64,000 bases of DNA, taken from IMG/VR virus record IMGVR_UViG_3300029288_000101, positions 1 to 64,000 of that record; one strand, written 5' to 3'. Made by a program: the position numbers and the translations under genes. Numbering within the stretch: position 1 is the first letter of the stretch; every line of letters starts with the position of its first letter. The notes under the pieces are model-generated. The model was not told where the DNA came from. It was given only the letters and a program-made list of their open reading frames with translations, and ran no database searches. Positions 1 through 10,289 of the stretch are shown piece by piece. This DNA is from a virus. Lineage: Duplodnaviria; Caudoviricetes.

Positions 1-587
1 GCAGTATTATCATATCCTGTTGCATTATTAAAAAGTGCACCATATCCATTAGCAGTATTATTACTTCCTGTTGTATTAAAATAAAGTGATATAGCTCCAT
101 TAGCAGTATTTAAGGTTCCTGTTGTAATAGAATTTCCTGCCAAATATCCCCAAAAAGTATTTAATAATGTTGGGTCTATCCTGCCTGCTTTTTGATTATT
201 TACTCTAATATTGAAAGGCACATTATCCGTTGTGCCTATAAAGTTAGTGCCATCTACTGTGCCTGAATTACCTGTTAAGCCCCAAGCATTCAAAGCACCC
301 CATGATGCTGTTCCAACATTATTAGAAATTAAAACTTTATTTAAACCTTGATTACCATCAACATATTTTATCGTTCCTCTAAACCAATAATTCCCTTTTA
401 AAATAACAGGTTTTGAAAGACTATTTGTCACTCTTACACTATCATAATACAATTGTAATCTCAGCCAATCATTTACCTTTTTAAACTTTATTACTCTGCT
501 AACAATATCAGTTGAAGGAACTGTGTCGCTTTGAGCAAAAAGAATTAAAGGCAAAGACAAAATAAGAAATAAAAACAATTTTTTCAT
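1..587 (-). CDS. Tail-fibre/adhesin-like beta-repeat protein with N-terminal signal peptide (3' end outside window; not in ORF track)
   Basis: My translation: MKKLFLFLILSLPLILFAQ...WGLTGNSGTVDGTNFIGTTDNVPFNIRVNN...NTANG..NTTGSNNTANG repeats, typical of Bacteroidota tail-fibre-domain/YadA-head-like proteins. Alternative in-frame ATG at 596. Confidence 0.7.
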   Translation of the reverse strand, partial: MKKLFLFLILSLPLILFAQSDTVPSTDIVSRVIKFKKVNDWLRLQLYYDSVRVTNSLSKPVILKGNYWFRGTIKYVDGNQGLNKVLISNNVGTASWGALNAWGLTGNSGTVDGTNFIGTTDNVPFNIRVNNQKAGRIDPTLLNTFWGYLAGNSITTGTLNTANGAISLYFNTTGSNNTANGYGALFNNATGYDNT

Positions 588-603
588 TTTAATCATTTTA
601 AAA

Positions 604-996
604 TTAAAAACATAAAATAGCATATTCACCTGTTATAACTTCTCCTGTAAAAATCTTAACATTATTTACATCAATAGTTTGAAACGGATAAGTTGTATTT
701 TCAATTTTAGAGGCATCTTTAATCACAACAATAATATCTTCTCTTCCTAAATTATGAGGAATCACAAGATTATTATCAACATCAAACCATGCAGGATTAA
801 TAGTTCCTCTTTTCGCAAAAATACCTGACGTTCCAGAGCCAGTGCCATTCAAAGTTTTCCAAGTAGAAGTTACAGTATCATAATATTTATGACGCTTCTG
901 TCCAACATTATCATCATACCACAACATATTCAAATTAGTTGGCGGCACAGTTGAAACAAGAATTAATTTAACAAGTCCTAAATTTTTTGTCAACAT
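604..996 (-). CDS. Hypothetical tail/baseplate-associated protein
   Basis: PPTNLNMLWYD and HNLG motifs are common in small tail proteins; CAGTTATAA motif lies upstream. Confidence 0.45.
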   Translation of the reverse strand: MLTKNLGLVKLILVSTVPPTNLNMLWYDDNVGQKRHKYYDTVTSTWKTLNGTGSGTSGIFAKRGTINPAWFDVDNNLVIPHNLGREDIIVVIKDASKIENTTYPFQTIDVNNVKIFTGEVITGEYAILCF

Positions 997-1018
997 CTAT
1001 TTAATTTTACACATCAAA

Positions 1019-1027
1019 TTATAACTG
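1019..1027 (-). promoter_or_regulatory. Putative late promoter CAGTTATAA
   Basis: Exact intergenic 9-mer recurring upstream of virion genes. Confidence 0.65.
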
Positions 1028-1049
1028 AAATTGTACATAAGCAAACCAA

Positions 1050-1343
1050 TCAATAAGTATAAATCAACTGTCCAATATTGTTAATTGAAAACTTATTCGC
1101 ATTTTCACCAACAACAATCAAACAACCTTCTGAGTCTATATAAAAGCGTTCTTTCATATAATCTTTTAATTCTATAACTAATTCTCCTTGTTTATAAGAA
1201 ATATAATTCAAAACACCATCTCTATCAGCAATAAATAAATTTATAACCTCACAAATCTTAGTATTAAAAGAAGTTTGAAATGTTCCTGATGCTCCTTCAA
1301 CTAACAAAGAATCAACACTTTCTATATTTTTCTTATCTGGCAT
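1050..1343 (-). CDS. Hypothetical protein
   Basis: 97-aa ORF co-oriented within the tail module. Confidence 0.55.
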   Translation of the reverse strand: MPDKKNIESVDSLLVEGASGTFQTSFNTKICEVINLFIADRDGVLNYISYKQGELVIELKDYMKERFYIDSEGCLIVVGENANKFSINNIGQLIYTY

Positions 1344-1367
1344 AATGATATAAATAAGTAATAAATT

Positions 1368-2128
1368 CTACTTCTTTTCGTTCTTTAATTTTTCTTCTTT
1401 TTGTCTAGCGCATCTTCTTTTTGCTGCCTCACTCATTTTCTTTCTCACTTCTTCAGAAAAACAATTTTTTAATCCTTTATTCCAAGGAATTTGTCCTTTT
1501 GCGTTTTTATTTCCCAATAATCTCAACCTTAATAATTCTTTATTTTTTTCAGACATTTTGTATTTTCCTTTTCTTGATTCACTTATCTTCCTCTTTGTCT
1601 TTTTTGTATGATGTTTATCTTTCATAAAATGTCCATCTCTCTCAATTCTTTTCTTTGCAGCTTTAGACATTTTTTCTTTTACTTTTTTAGAAAACTTTTT
1701 GCCATAAAAACAATGATTTTCTCCTGTTTTAGCCTTACTCATTTTCTTCTTAGTCTTTTCTGAATGGTGCTTTCCTTTCATAGGAGAAACTCTTCCTTTC
1801 ATCATTTCTGAAATATTTTTGAGAATTTTATTCTCGCTCTCTCATAATCTTCAGCAGAAACTTTAAATCTTTGTTGATTATCATCTTTTATCCAACACAT
1901 CATTGTCCAAGCATTTCGTATCTTATTGTTTTTAGGAAATATAAATGTTAACCATTTATGTGCATAATAATGCTCCTTAGCTGTTAAATAAACTAAATTT
2001 CTCTTCTCATTACTGCCTTTCATACAACGTGGTTTACAGTGATGTTCTTCAACATAACAAGTTGGTTTTATTCTACCTTTTGCTTTCTTGATTAAATTAA
2101 AATATAATTTTAAATATATGTTTTTCAT
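1368..2128 (-). pseudogene. HNH homing endonuclease with NUMOD3 repeats, split by a frameshift
   Basis: 1802-2128 carries EEHHCKP..N..LTAKEHYYAH (HNH); 1368-1805 carries KHHSEKTKKKMS NUMOD3 repeats. One extra A in the A5 run at 1816-1820 would fuse them, as in the intact paralogue at 5299-6057. Confidence 0.75.
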
Positions 2129-2133
2129 TTTAA

Positions 2134-3333
2134 TTAAATGCTTGTTAAAACTGTTTGAGCATAAGAAAAATCTGCTTGATTGGGATAAAAAACAGGAGAA
2201 AGACTCCCTGAACTGTTTGAGATTATATGTCCTGCTAAATCAATCATTAAAAATCCTCTAAATCTTGGAAGTTTATTCTTATCAATAATTACATCATTAT
2301 TAGGATAAAACCATTGGTCTGGCACATACTTTACACCATTTGTATCTTTCACTAATTGTAATAAATCGTCCCATTCCACTCTCATAGTGGAGTCCCAATA
2401 TCTAAAGTCGTATTTCTTAGCAAACTTTATTTGAATCTCTTTCCTCACATCATCTGGATTCACAGAAGAGAACAATTCAACCCTAAAAGAAATATCCACT
2501 GGTTGAAATAATTGATTTTGCAAATAAATGCCAAAAGTTTGAGTTCCAAAAGTTTTTAATTCTGTAAGGGCAAAATATTCTTGCCCTTGTAATAATAAAG
2601 TATTTAATTCCGCTGCCGTTAATGATATACCATTTTGAGTTAAAACTGCCAAAACCACCTTTCCTAAACTGTCAATTCCATTATAAAAAACTCTTAACAC
2701 ATTAGAATTTATTTTCATAAATACTTGTTCAAGCATAGCAATTGTACCTCTAGAAAGGATATTTGGTCCATTTTTTATTCTTTGACGAAACAAATTATCA
2801 TCTTCTGCATCTCTTCCCCCTGTCGCTTTATATTCATTAATTACATATTGATGGCCAGATGGCACTGGGGAGACAGTTTTAATTGCTAAGCCTAACACAT
2901 TTGTTTTAACTCCAGAACTTTGAGAACGAACTTTTGCATAAGTATAACCATCCGCTCCAATTGTAACAGTTCCTTCAAGGTCAAAAACTATTCCGCCATC
3001 GCCAGTAAAAGTATTGATAAATTGAACATATGTTGTTCCTGGTGTTCCTACTAATCTTAAATAACAGGAACTTCCTGAAGCAGTAAAGCGTGGTGAAATA
3101 CCATTATTTTCAGCCACATCATCTAAATAAGTTGAATAAGCTGAATCGGGGAAAACTCGAGCTTCTAAAAGAGCTATATCTTTAATTGCCTTCTGCGAGG
3201 TTTTTGCTGCTCCATAACTAATACCACTAAGGACTGACAGGTTATCCACTTTTGTCACCTTATTTGTGTGGTTTAATAACCCTTCAATAAAAAGCTGTTT
3301 TAATTCCTCAATAGTAGATATTTCTGTATACAT
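2134..3333 (-). CDS. Baseplate J-like wedge protein
   Basis: A.S..LD..A...GI..., G..TN, and ATGGRDAEDD..FR.RI signature; position in the module. Confidence 0.85.
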   Translation of the reverse strand: MYTEISTIEELKQLFIEGLLNHTNKVTKVDNLSVLSGISYGAAKTSQKAIKDIALLEARVFPDSAYSTYLDDVAENNGISPRFTASGSSCYLRLVGTPGTTYVQFINTFTGDGGIVFDLEGTVTIGADGYTYAKVRSQSSGVKTNVLGLAIKTVSPVPSGHQYVINEYKATGGRDAEDDNLFRQRIKNGPNILSRGTIAMLEQVFMKINSNVLRVFYNGIDSLGKVVLAVLTQNGISLTAAELNTLLLQGQEYFALTELKTFGTQTFGIYLQNQLFQPVDISFRVELFSSVNPDDVRKEIQIKFAKKYDFRYWDSTMRVEWDDLLQLVKDTNGVKYVPDQWFYPNNDVIIDKNKLPRFRGFLMIDLAGHIISNSSGSLSPVFYPNQADFSYAQTVLTSI

Positions 3334-3334
3334 T

Positions 3335-4264
3335 TTAAATAGTTATTTCATTACTAATAATTTGATTGTATTTTGTTTGAACAGTATAAACTATCTTAAC
3401 AGCATCTTTTTCTATCTTTATATCTTTAAAAGCAAAAGCACTAATAGAGTCATCAGTTGCAAAAACTTCCGATAATTTACGAAATATCATAGGAAAAGAA
3501 AAACTTCCAACAGCATTACCAACGCTCATACTTTGATTAATTCCATAATTAGGAAATTCTGGCACATCGCCTTCTTTCAAATTTATTTTTGTATTTATAC
3601 TTTGAAGCATAGTGTCTTTATAATTCAAAACATTTAAATCATCAGTCACAAAAGCCATGCTCACTGAAATATCTTTACCATAGGCAGCCTGGCCAATTAT
3701 ATTATCACACACAGAAGCCATATAAAATAAGCTCGAACTATTATTAAAAACTACTTTTAATAAATTTCCTCCCTCTGGTGTATAATCTTCTTCTTGTAAA
3801 TCATTTTGAACTGCAATAGTTGCCCAATCTTCTTCTTGATTATGACTTGCAAGATCCTCACTTACATTTTCTAATGTTTGATTATAGCGTAAAGGATAAT
3901 CTTGAGTCACACTCGGATTAAAAGAACCCTTAATAATACTGCTTCTTAAATACTTTGAAATATTTGAAATTGTTAAAAGTTTTGTTTTACATTCTTCAAG
4001 TCTTTCTTCTAAATCCCAGTCTTGCACATTACCAAAAGAATTCTTATTTAAAGAGATTGAATTAATTAAAATTTCAAATCGTTCTGCTAAATCATCCAAT
4101 TGCTTAAAACTGTCCGCATCTGGTGTTCTAACTGCTCCTGAATAATAGCCTACAATGTTTTGATATTTATTTTGAATAAAAAATGCAAAATCAACTAAAA
4201 GAGCCTGAACATCTATTCCAGTTACTTTCAAAAATTTATCATATGTGTCTTGGTCTATAATCAT
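3335..4264 (-). CDS. Baseplate wedge protein (LysM-like plus gp25-like C-terminus)
   Basis: QTLENVS..W..IA..NDL segment, then G.DI...P.YG...D..I pattern; immediately upstream of baseplate J. Confidence 0.6.
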   Translation of the reverse strand: MIIDQDTYDKFLKVTGIDVQALLVDFAFFIQNKYQNIVGYYSGAVRTPDADSFKQLDDLAERFEILINSISLNKNSFGNVQDWDLEERLEECKTKLLTISNISKYLRSSIIKGSFNPSVTQDYPLRYNQTLENVSEDLASHNQEEDWATIAVQNDLQEEDYTPEGGNLLKVVFNNSSSLFYMASVCDNIIGQAAYGKDISVSMAFVTDDLNVLNYKDTMLQSINTKINLKEGDVPEFPNYGINQSMSVGNAVGSFSFPMIFRKLSEVFATDDSISAFAFKDIKIEKDAVKIVYTVQTKYNQIISNEITI

Positions 4265-5004
4265 TAAATATTTGTTGATATATTTGTTCGTAAACCATTC
4301 ATTATATCTCCTGCTAATGCTGTTATTCCTTTTGATATTAAAGCAAAAGAGGTCATCTCAATCAAAGATTTGATTATATCTTCTCCTTTTCTTAATCCAC
4401 TTAAAGGTGCTACTGTATTTAAAGTTAAATTATATTGCCAAATCATATTTTTATCAATACTTTGAGGAAAACTTAAATTAACCACTTCTACAGAATAATG
4501 ATTTCCTATGGCAGGATTATAAAGTAACAAAGAATAAGGATTTCCATTCTTATCTGTTTGCTTACTCTTATCGCAAATTCTTTCTAATACCTTAATACAA
4601 CCATAACCAGTCTTAATTTGAGCTGAAAATTCTGTTGGAGTTGAATCTGATGAAAAATCAAATGCATTGGCACTTACAACTGTACTTCCAATCAGCATTC
4701 TTAATTTCTTTCCAAAATTACCTTTCAAAGATATTTCATCCACAGTAAAGGTATTCGTTGTTAATACTGTTACTCCACCAAAAGTTTTATAAATATTTTG
4801 AATATAACCTTTTCGCTGTTCTATGCTATCAGGCATAACAGGAAAAACGAAAAAATCCTCTGTTTTTCCTTTTGAATTAACAAGTTCCAAGGAAAGCATG
4901 TAAAGCTCAAAGTCATTTGGAAAAATACTATTTAAAGTAGCTTTTCCAGCTTCTTTTACTAATGTTAAATACTTACTAACTTCGCTATTTCCTTGAAGAG
5001 TCAT
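4264..5004 (-). CDS. Baseplate/tube-initiator-like protein
   Basis: FPV.P.SI...KTFGG...ISL.G.FG and W.Y.L.L pattern; synteny. Confidence 0.5.
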   Translation of the reverse strand: MTLQGNSEVSKYLTLVKEAGKATLNSIFPNDFELYMLSLELVNSKGKTEDFFVFPVMPDSIEQRKGYIQNIYKTFGGVTVLTTNTFTVDEISLKGNFGKKLRMLIGSTVVSANAFDFSSDSTPTEFSAQIKTGYGCIKVLERICDKSKQTDKNGNPYSLLLYNPAIGNHYSVEVVNLSFPQSIDKNMIWQYNLTLNTVAPLSGLRKGEDIIKSLIEMTSFALISKGITALAGDIMNGLRTNISTNI

Positions 5005-5026
5005 TCCACTTAATAATTTTATTCAA

Positions 5027-5035
5027 TTATAACTG
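5027..5035 (-). promoter_or_regulatory. Putative late promoter CAGTTATAA
   Basis: Exact recurring intergenic motif. Confidence 0.65.
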
Positions 5036-5062
5036 TTTCTTGTTCGTTTTAAACTTAATAAA

Positions 5063-5287
5063 TTAAGAAATTGTTCCTGTTCCAATACTTGTTGTTGCTC
5101 CCATCCCAGTTGAAGGCACAGTTACTACCGTAATACCTGCTGCAACTGTCACAGTACCGCTTTTAATAGCATCTGTAATAATTTGAGCAAGGTCAGAGGC
5201 AAATTTTTTTTCTCCTTCTTCTCCTATCTCTTTATTTGTCTTTATGCAATTTAAAATTTGTTCCTCAATTAAATTTTGATTTAACAT
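5063..5287 (-). CDS. Small baseplate/spike-associated protein
   Basis: Gly/Thr-rich C-terminus; near the spike gene. Confidence 0.4.
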   Translation of the reverse strand: MLNQNLIEEQILNCIKTNKEIGEEGEKKFASDLAQIITDAIKSGTVTVAAGITVVTVPSTGMGATTSIGTGTIS

Positions 5288-5298
5288 AAAAATAACAT

Positions 5299-6057
5299 TT
5301 AAATTGTTTTTAATCCTTTATTCCAAGGAATTTGGCCAATATGAGCTAAACTCATATTTCTTCTCATTCTTTTTGTATAAAATGTTCCTTTTGCATAAGA
5401 ATTTCCTTTATTTAATTCGCTTAATTTTCTTTTACATTCCTCAGATTTTGGTTTTCCTTTCATTCTCTCACTCACTTTTCTCTTAAATTCTTCAGATCTT
5501 TTTGCTCCTAGAGAATTTTTATTTCCCTTCATAGACTCACTCATTTTTCTTTTAGTTTCTTCTGAGCGTTTCAGTCCTATTTGCGCTTTTGCACTTTTTC
5601 TTATATGCTCCTTAGAATTATGCACACCTAATCTTAAACTTCTAAATTTTTCTTTTGCTTCTGGAAATTCTCTATAATGTTTCTTTAGAGATTTACTTAT
5701 TTTTTCTAATGTTTCTTTAGTTACTTTTTTCCCTGTTCTTAATTCAGAACCCAATTTCTTTAATTCTGCGTAATCTTCAGCAGAAATTTCATATCTAACT
5801 TGAGTATTTTTATTCTTAACAAATGCCATACAGAACCAAGCATATTGTATTTTTATATTATTAGGTAACATCTTCGCTAACCATTTATGTGCTAAATAAT
5901 GTTCTTGAGCTGTTAAGACTATTGTATAATCATTTAATTCTATACATTTTGGAAGTGGATGATGTTTCTCTACATACCCAAAAGGTCTCTTTCTCTTCTC
6001 TGCTTTATTCATCAAAGCAAAATACATCTTTTCATATATTTCTATTTCTTTTATCAT
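5299..6057 (-). CDS. HNH homing endonuclease with NUMOD3 repeats
   Basis: [19 protein letters not shown]; repeated [10 protein letters not shown] motifs. Confidence 0.88.
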   Translation of the reverse strand: MIKEIEIYEKMYFALMNKAEKRKRPFGYVEKHHPLPKCIELNDYTIVLTAQEHYLAHKWLAKMLPNNIKIQYAWFCMAFVKNKNTQVRYEISAEDYAELKKLGSELRTGKKVTKETLEKISKSLKKHYREFPEAKEKFRSLRLGVHNSKEHIRKSAKAQIGLKRSEETKRKMSESMKGNKNSLGAKRSEEFKRKVSERMKGKPKSEECKRKLSELNKGNSYAKGTFYTKRMRRNMSLAHIGQIPWNKGLKTI

Positions 6058-6058
6058 T

Positions 6059-6943
6059 TTATTTCAATATTTTTGTTACTTTATTTTTTAAATTTATTAT
6101 TTGTGTTTTATTCAAAGCAGGCTGAACTCCTATACTGGTCTGGGTTGTGATATTACTAACTTCTGTTATTATATCGTTAAAAAGTCCTTTTAAGCTATAA
6201 TCCTTATTTCTAATATCAAACTTGCCATCTTTATCAATAGTAATAACATTCCCAAATTCATCGCTATAAGAAAAACCAATACCTCGAGAATAATTAATTA
6301 AGGTTTCTGACTCACTATCCTCAACGTCATTTTTTATTATTATATTTAATTCATCCAAAGACTTTATTTGAGTCCTAATTGCTTCCGTCAATATATTCCC
6401 GTTAACATTTACGTCTAATTCTCCTTGTTCCTCAGAATTTAAGACATTAATTAATAATTTATTCTTTAAAGAACTTTTTGCATCTACAGTTAATACCAGC
6501 AAACCTTCATTTGCATTTCCAGATATTTCTATATTAGAATTTTTTGTTTCCTTTTTTATTGAAAAACTATCAGGCAAAATCGAAGTCAATTCACTATCTT
6601 TTGTTAAAACCCCTACTGCCACTGGTTGATTCCATTTTGGAATATTAACCCACACTATCGCGCTTCCTACTTTCTGAATCTTCGAATTAGAATCAAATTC
6701 AGGAAAAACTAAATCCACTAAAATGTGTTTTGGTATTCTAACATTATCAATTCTCTCAAATTCACTAATAAGAGAGACAGTTTGTTTTTGAATACACATT
6801 TTCCTATAAGTTTCTGGGTCAGACCCAGCATCTGTAGGAACTACAATATAACCAATACCAGCAGAAGCTCTAATTCCCGGGACTCCTCTACGACTAACTG
6901 GCCGATTTCTATTAAACATAATTATTTTATTTTTTTCTTCCAA
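6059..6943 (-). CDS. Baseplate central spike (gpV/gp5-like)
   Basis: Follows the hub gene; OB-fold-like N-half (VGSAIVW..P..VG) and beta-rich C-half. Confidence 0.5.
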   Translation of the reverse strand: MEEKNKIIMFNRNRPVSRRGVPGIRASAGIGYIVVPTDAGSDPETYRKMCIQKQTVSLISEFERIDNVRIPKHILVDLVFPEFDSNSKIQKVGSAIVWVNIPKWNQPVAVGVLTKDSELTSILPDSFSIKKETKNSNIEISGNANEGLLVLTVDAKSSLKNKLLINVLNSEEQGELDVNVNGNILTEAIRTQIKSLDELNIIIKNDVEDSESETLINYSRGIGFSYSDEFGNVITIDKDGKFDIRNKDYSLKGLFNDIITEVSNITTQTSIGVQPALNKTQIINLKNKVTKILK

Positions 6944-9900
6944 GAAGTAGGTTTTCCTGGATATTTTAAAAACACCTCATAATCTCTTGGAGCTGCTGTT
7001 CCAATACCTATACTTGCTTCCTTTACAGGTAAAAATTGTTTTCTTTTTAAAAGAAAATCAAAGATTTCCTTATTTACTCTAAAATTCTCATAAACAGTTT
7101 TTATATTTGTTTCATAATCCACTTTTGCATTAACTTTCTCAGGATCTATATGAGTATCTATTATTTGAAAATATATATTAAAATGACTTTCCATCATTCC
7201 TCTACTGACGGTTAAGGTTGTCTTTCTATCAATATTATCTGTTGAGATAGAAGCAGAATTTGTAACACCATCAACATAAAACACTTCGCCTGTTCCTTTA
7301 TATCTAATCACTGTGCCCCTCTTGATTCTTCTATCTCCATTAATAGTTATTGTTCCCTTTCTTGTAAAGGGCAAATACATATTAGTATCAATCAAAAACT
7401 TTAAATCATAAAGCGATTGCATGACAAGATAGCCAATACTGTCATCTTGTTTATTTCCTACAAGTGAATGAAATTGAACATAATTAGAAACAATGTCCAA
7501 CGGTCTTTCTCCCCAAATATCAGCATATTCAGGAAAATGTAATGCTTTTACATAAGCTAAAACAGTGTTCTCTCCTAATTCTGAAAAGGAAGCTTGGGGA
7601 GTTAACCGATACCAAGAATAAGAACTATCATTGGCAAAAGTCAAACTATCGCTAATAACATCTTCCTCAAATACATCAATTGCATGTTCTACTAAATCTG
7701 CAAAGGCTTCTTTCGTAAAAGGTGGCTGGCGTACAATGAAATAATATTGATCTCCATAAGTATCACCAAAAAATTCAACCCAAGGTTCTTGACAAATTTT
7801 ATTAATTGCTGTGATGATACTTCCATTCTCATTACCAATGGTAGAATCTACACATCTCCTAGCACCAATATTTGAGCCAGTAGTTTTATCGTTTGTAGTA
7901 CTTTGTTCTTCATCAACAACTAACTTTACTATTTGCCATATACCTCTTAAATATTTTTCTTCATAAGTTTCAGTAACATTTGCTTCTTCCTCTTCTTTAA
8001 AAATATATTGATATGCCATATAAACAGCATCCTGACCACTCTTCCTTAAATCGTTTATATTTTTAGGAATTCTTATATATCTAGATACAAGCTGTTTTTC
8101 CAGCTCTAAAATTTCTTGACAAATAGCTTTTAATCTTGGATCATTAATTTCAGTTACTGTTATACCTTCACTCCAATCTTTAGCAGCATCATAATCTTTT
8201 TTCTGTTCCTCTGTTAATCCTTCATAATAGCTCTGTCCAATTCTAGCTTCCATGTCTTTAATTGCTTGTTCCCTTCCAGTTTCCACATAAGTATTGTTCG
8301 GATCTACTGTTGTTATAATTCTATTTTGACCTGTCAAATCAATACGATTTATTATTTCTTTTTGTTCTTTTGATAAAATATTTTTTGTTGAATAATCAAA
8401 AACTCCTGCTTTTTTCAATTGAGAAATAAGTTTTCTATCACTATCAGTCAAAGTGTTTTGAATTAAAAGTAAAGTGAATTGCTTTTTTAACTCAGCAATT
8501 TTCGCTCTTATTGCTGCTAGATCTACATCATTTATCACCCAAATAGAACGATACAAATAATCATCAAATAAAGATGGAAAAATATTTGAAACTAATTTTT
8601 CTTTCTTATAAATATCTTTAGTTATATTCCAATTAATTAATTTATCTTTCAAAACAATATAATTATTCTTCTTTAAAAACTTTAAAAAAGCTAATAATTC
8701 ATCAAAAATAGGACTTATCTTTAATACTTCTAGTTTTGCCCCCAGCGTTGTTAATCCTTCTGCAATTCTACATTCATTAATTTTATTACAAACCTTTATT
8801 TTTTCTTCTCTTAATTTTGTTCTAGATTGCTCTTTTGCTATTCTGCTTTCAATGTTCAATGCAAACTTTTTACTTCTCCCTAATCCTGCTAAATCTCTTG
8901 CTTTACTTTTACCATTTTGATATATTCCAAAAATGTCTTTTTCTGCATCTTTATCACCATAAGGTTCAAATAATTTATCTGAGCAAATCTTAATTCTTGA
9001 TAAAGTATTTATAATAAATTTCAAAGTATATTCAATATTACGAGTTGTTTCTTGAGATAACATTGATAACTTCCCATCAATACGATCTATATAATCCTGT
9101 TCTGCCTCATTTGCAAATATACCACCAGGCACATAATCCAAAGGAAAGAAATAACAACCATCTTCAACTAATAATTTTGACAAATCTCTCCCTTGTATAT
9201 TAATTGAGAAATTCAAATCTGTTGCACCACCAGACAATTCATTAGAATCTACCAAACCAATCATATCAAAAATATTACCAGGGATATCGCTTTCTGATAT
9301 TTCTAGAAAATTTGTTGTATTTAATCTACTTACAAAACTTTTATTTTCTATTTGTTTATAAACTGCTGGCGAAACTATTTCTCTCTTTAAAGTTTCAAAT
9401 CTGATAAAGACAACATCGTTCTCCCCTATTACATTATGAAAAAAGAACTGATTCCTAATGGAACTATCTTTTGCATATAAAGCATTTTTAGAAACAAATT
9501 CTAAATTATGTCTATTCTTTAAATAATCAACATTCTGCAATCTCCAGCCCTCTGGTGCCCACATCGCAACCAGCGGAGGCAAAGAAAATGAAAATGTACC
9601 ACTTTGTTTTGTTACTGTTGTATTCAAATCTTTTATAAATGGCGTAATATTTAAAATAGTTCCATCAAGATCTTTTGTCTGATACATTTTAGTTTTCGAT
9701 AATGCTTTACACCAAATCCAAACTGTTATTTGTGGTAAACTTTTTAAAAGTGCTGTATTTTTCTCTAATCCTTTATATTTAAAAACAGAAGTATAATTAT
9801 CTACATCTTCTAACAGTTCTCTATGAATGTCTGCCATAAAAGCACTGTAAGATAAAGAAGGTACAACTAAATTACTTAAAATCGAATAAAAATCTTGATT

Positions 9901-10278
9901 AACTTTCTTTAATGGTATCGCTAATCTTGTTCCTTTTTTTAATAAAGTTGTATGGGGAGCACTAAGATTATTTTGCTCTTCAATTGTAATTTCCTTATTA
10001 TTTAATAATTCTATAGTTGAGATGTCATAGCTATACGCTTTCTTTGAATCTATTTCTTTTTTCTGTGTATATTTATATTGAGCTAATTCTTCTGGTGAAT
10101 ATTCTTTATAAATTCTATCTATGTTCTTAGTTCCATCTTCATCCTCATATGCTAACATTTCCCAGTCATTCCAACCATGACAAATTGTTGTTGAATCCTG
10201 ACCACTACATAAATCTTGAATAGTATTTAAACTTTCAGTATCATGAGGATAAATTATATAATCTGATTTTTTATTCAT
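6922..10278 (-). CDS. Baseplate hub protein (gp27/gpD-like) with large helical insertion
   Basis: G.FSF.L, IQGRDLSKLL, ELF.D/RQPPF and GTITINGDRRI..G...FYV.GV motifs; follows tape measure. Confidence 0.65.
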   Translation of the reverse strand: MNKKSDYIIYPHDTESLNTIQDLCSGQDSTTICHGWNDWEMLAYEDEDGTKNIDRIYKEYSPEELAQYKYTQKKEIDSKKAYSYDISTIELLNNKEITIEEQNNLSAPHTTLLKKGTRLAIPLKKVNQDFYSILSNLVVPSLSYSAFMADIHRELLEDVDNYTSVFKYKGLEKNTALLKSLPQITVWIWCKALSKTKMYQTKDLDGTILNITPFIKDLNTTVTKQSGTFSFSLPPLVAMWAPEGWRLQNVDYLKNRHNLEFVSKNALYAKDSSIRNQFFFHNVIGENDVVFIRFETLKREIVSPAVYKQIENKSFVSRLNTTNFLEISESDIPGNIFDMIGLVDSNELSGGATDLNFSINIQGRDLSKLLVEDGCYFFPLDYVPGGIFANEAEQDYIDRIDGKLSMLSQETTRNIEYTLKFIINTLSRIKICSDKLFEPYGDKDAEKDIFGIYQNGKSKARDLAGLGRSKKFALNIESRIAKEQSRTKLREEKIKVCNKINECRIAEGLTTLGAKLEVLKISPIFDELLAFLKFLKKNNYIVLKDKLINWNITKDIYKKEKLVSNIFPSLFDDYLYRSIWVINDVDLAAIRAKIAELKKQFTLLLIQNTLTDSDRKLISQLKKAGVFDYSTKNILSKEQKEIINRIDLTGQNRIITTVDPNNTYVETGREQAIKDMEARIGQSYYEGLTEEQKKDYDAAKDWSEGITVTEINDPRLKAICQEILELEKQLVSRYIRIPKNINDLRKSGQDAVYMAYQYIFKEEEEANVTETYEEKYLRGIWQIVKLVVDEEQSTTNDKTTGSNIGARRCVDSTIGNENGSIITAINKICQEPWVEFFGDTYGDQYYFIVRQPPFTKEAFADLVEHAIDVFEEDVISDSLTFANDSSYSWYRLTPQASFSELGENTVLAYVKALHFPEYADIWGERPLDIVSNYVQFHSLVGNKQDDSIGYLVMQSLYDLKFLIDTNMYLPFTRKGTITINGDRRIKRGTVIRYKGTGEVFYVDGVTNSASISTDNIDRKTTLTVSRGMMESHFNIYFQIIDTHIDPEKVNAKVDYETNIKTVYENFRVNKEIFDFLLKRKQFLPVKEASIGIGTAAPRDYEVFLKYPGKPTSWKKKIK

Positions 10279-10289
10279 AATTAAAATTT

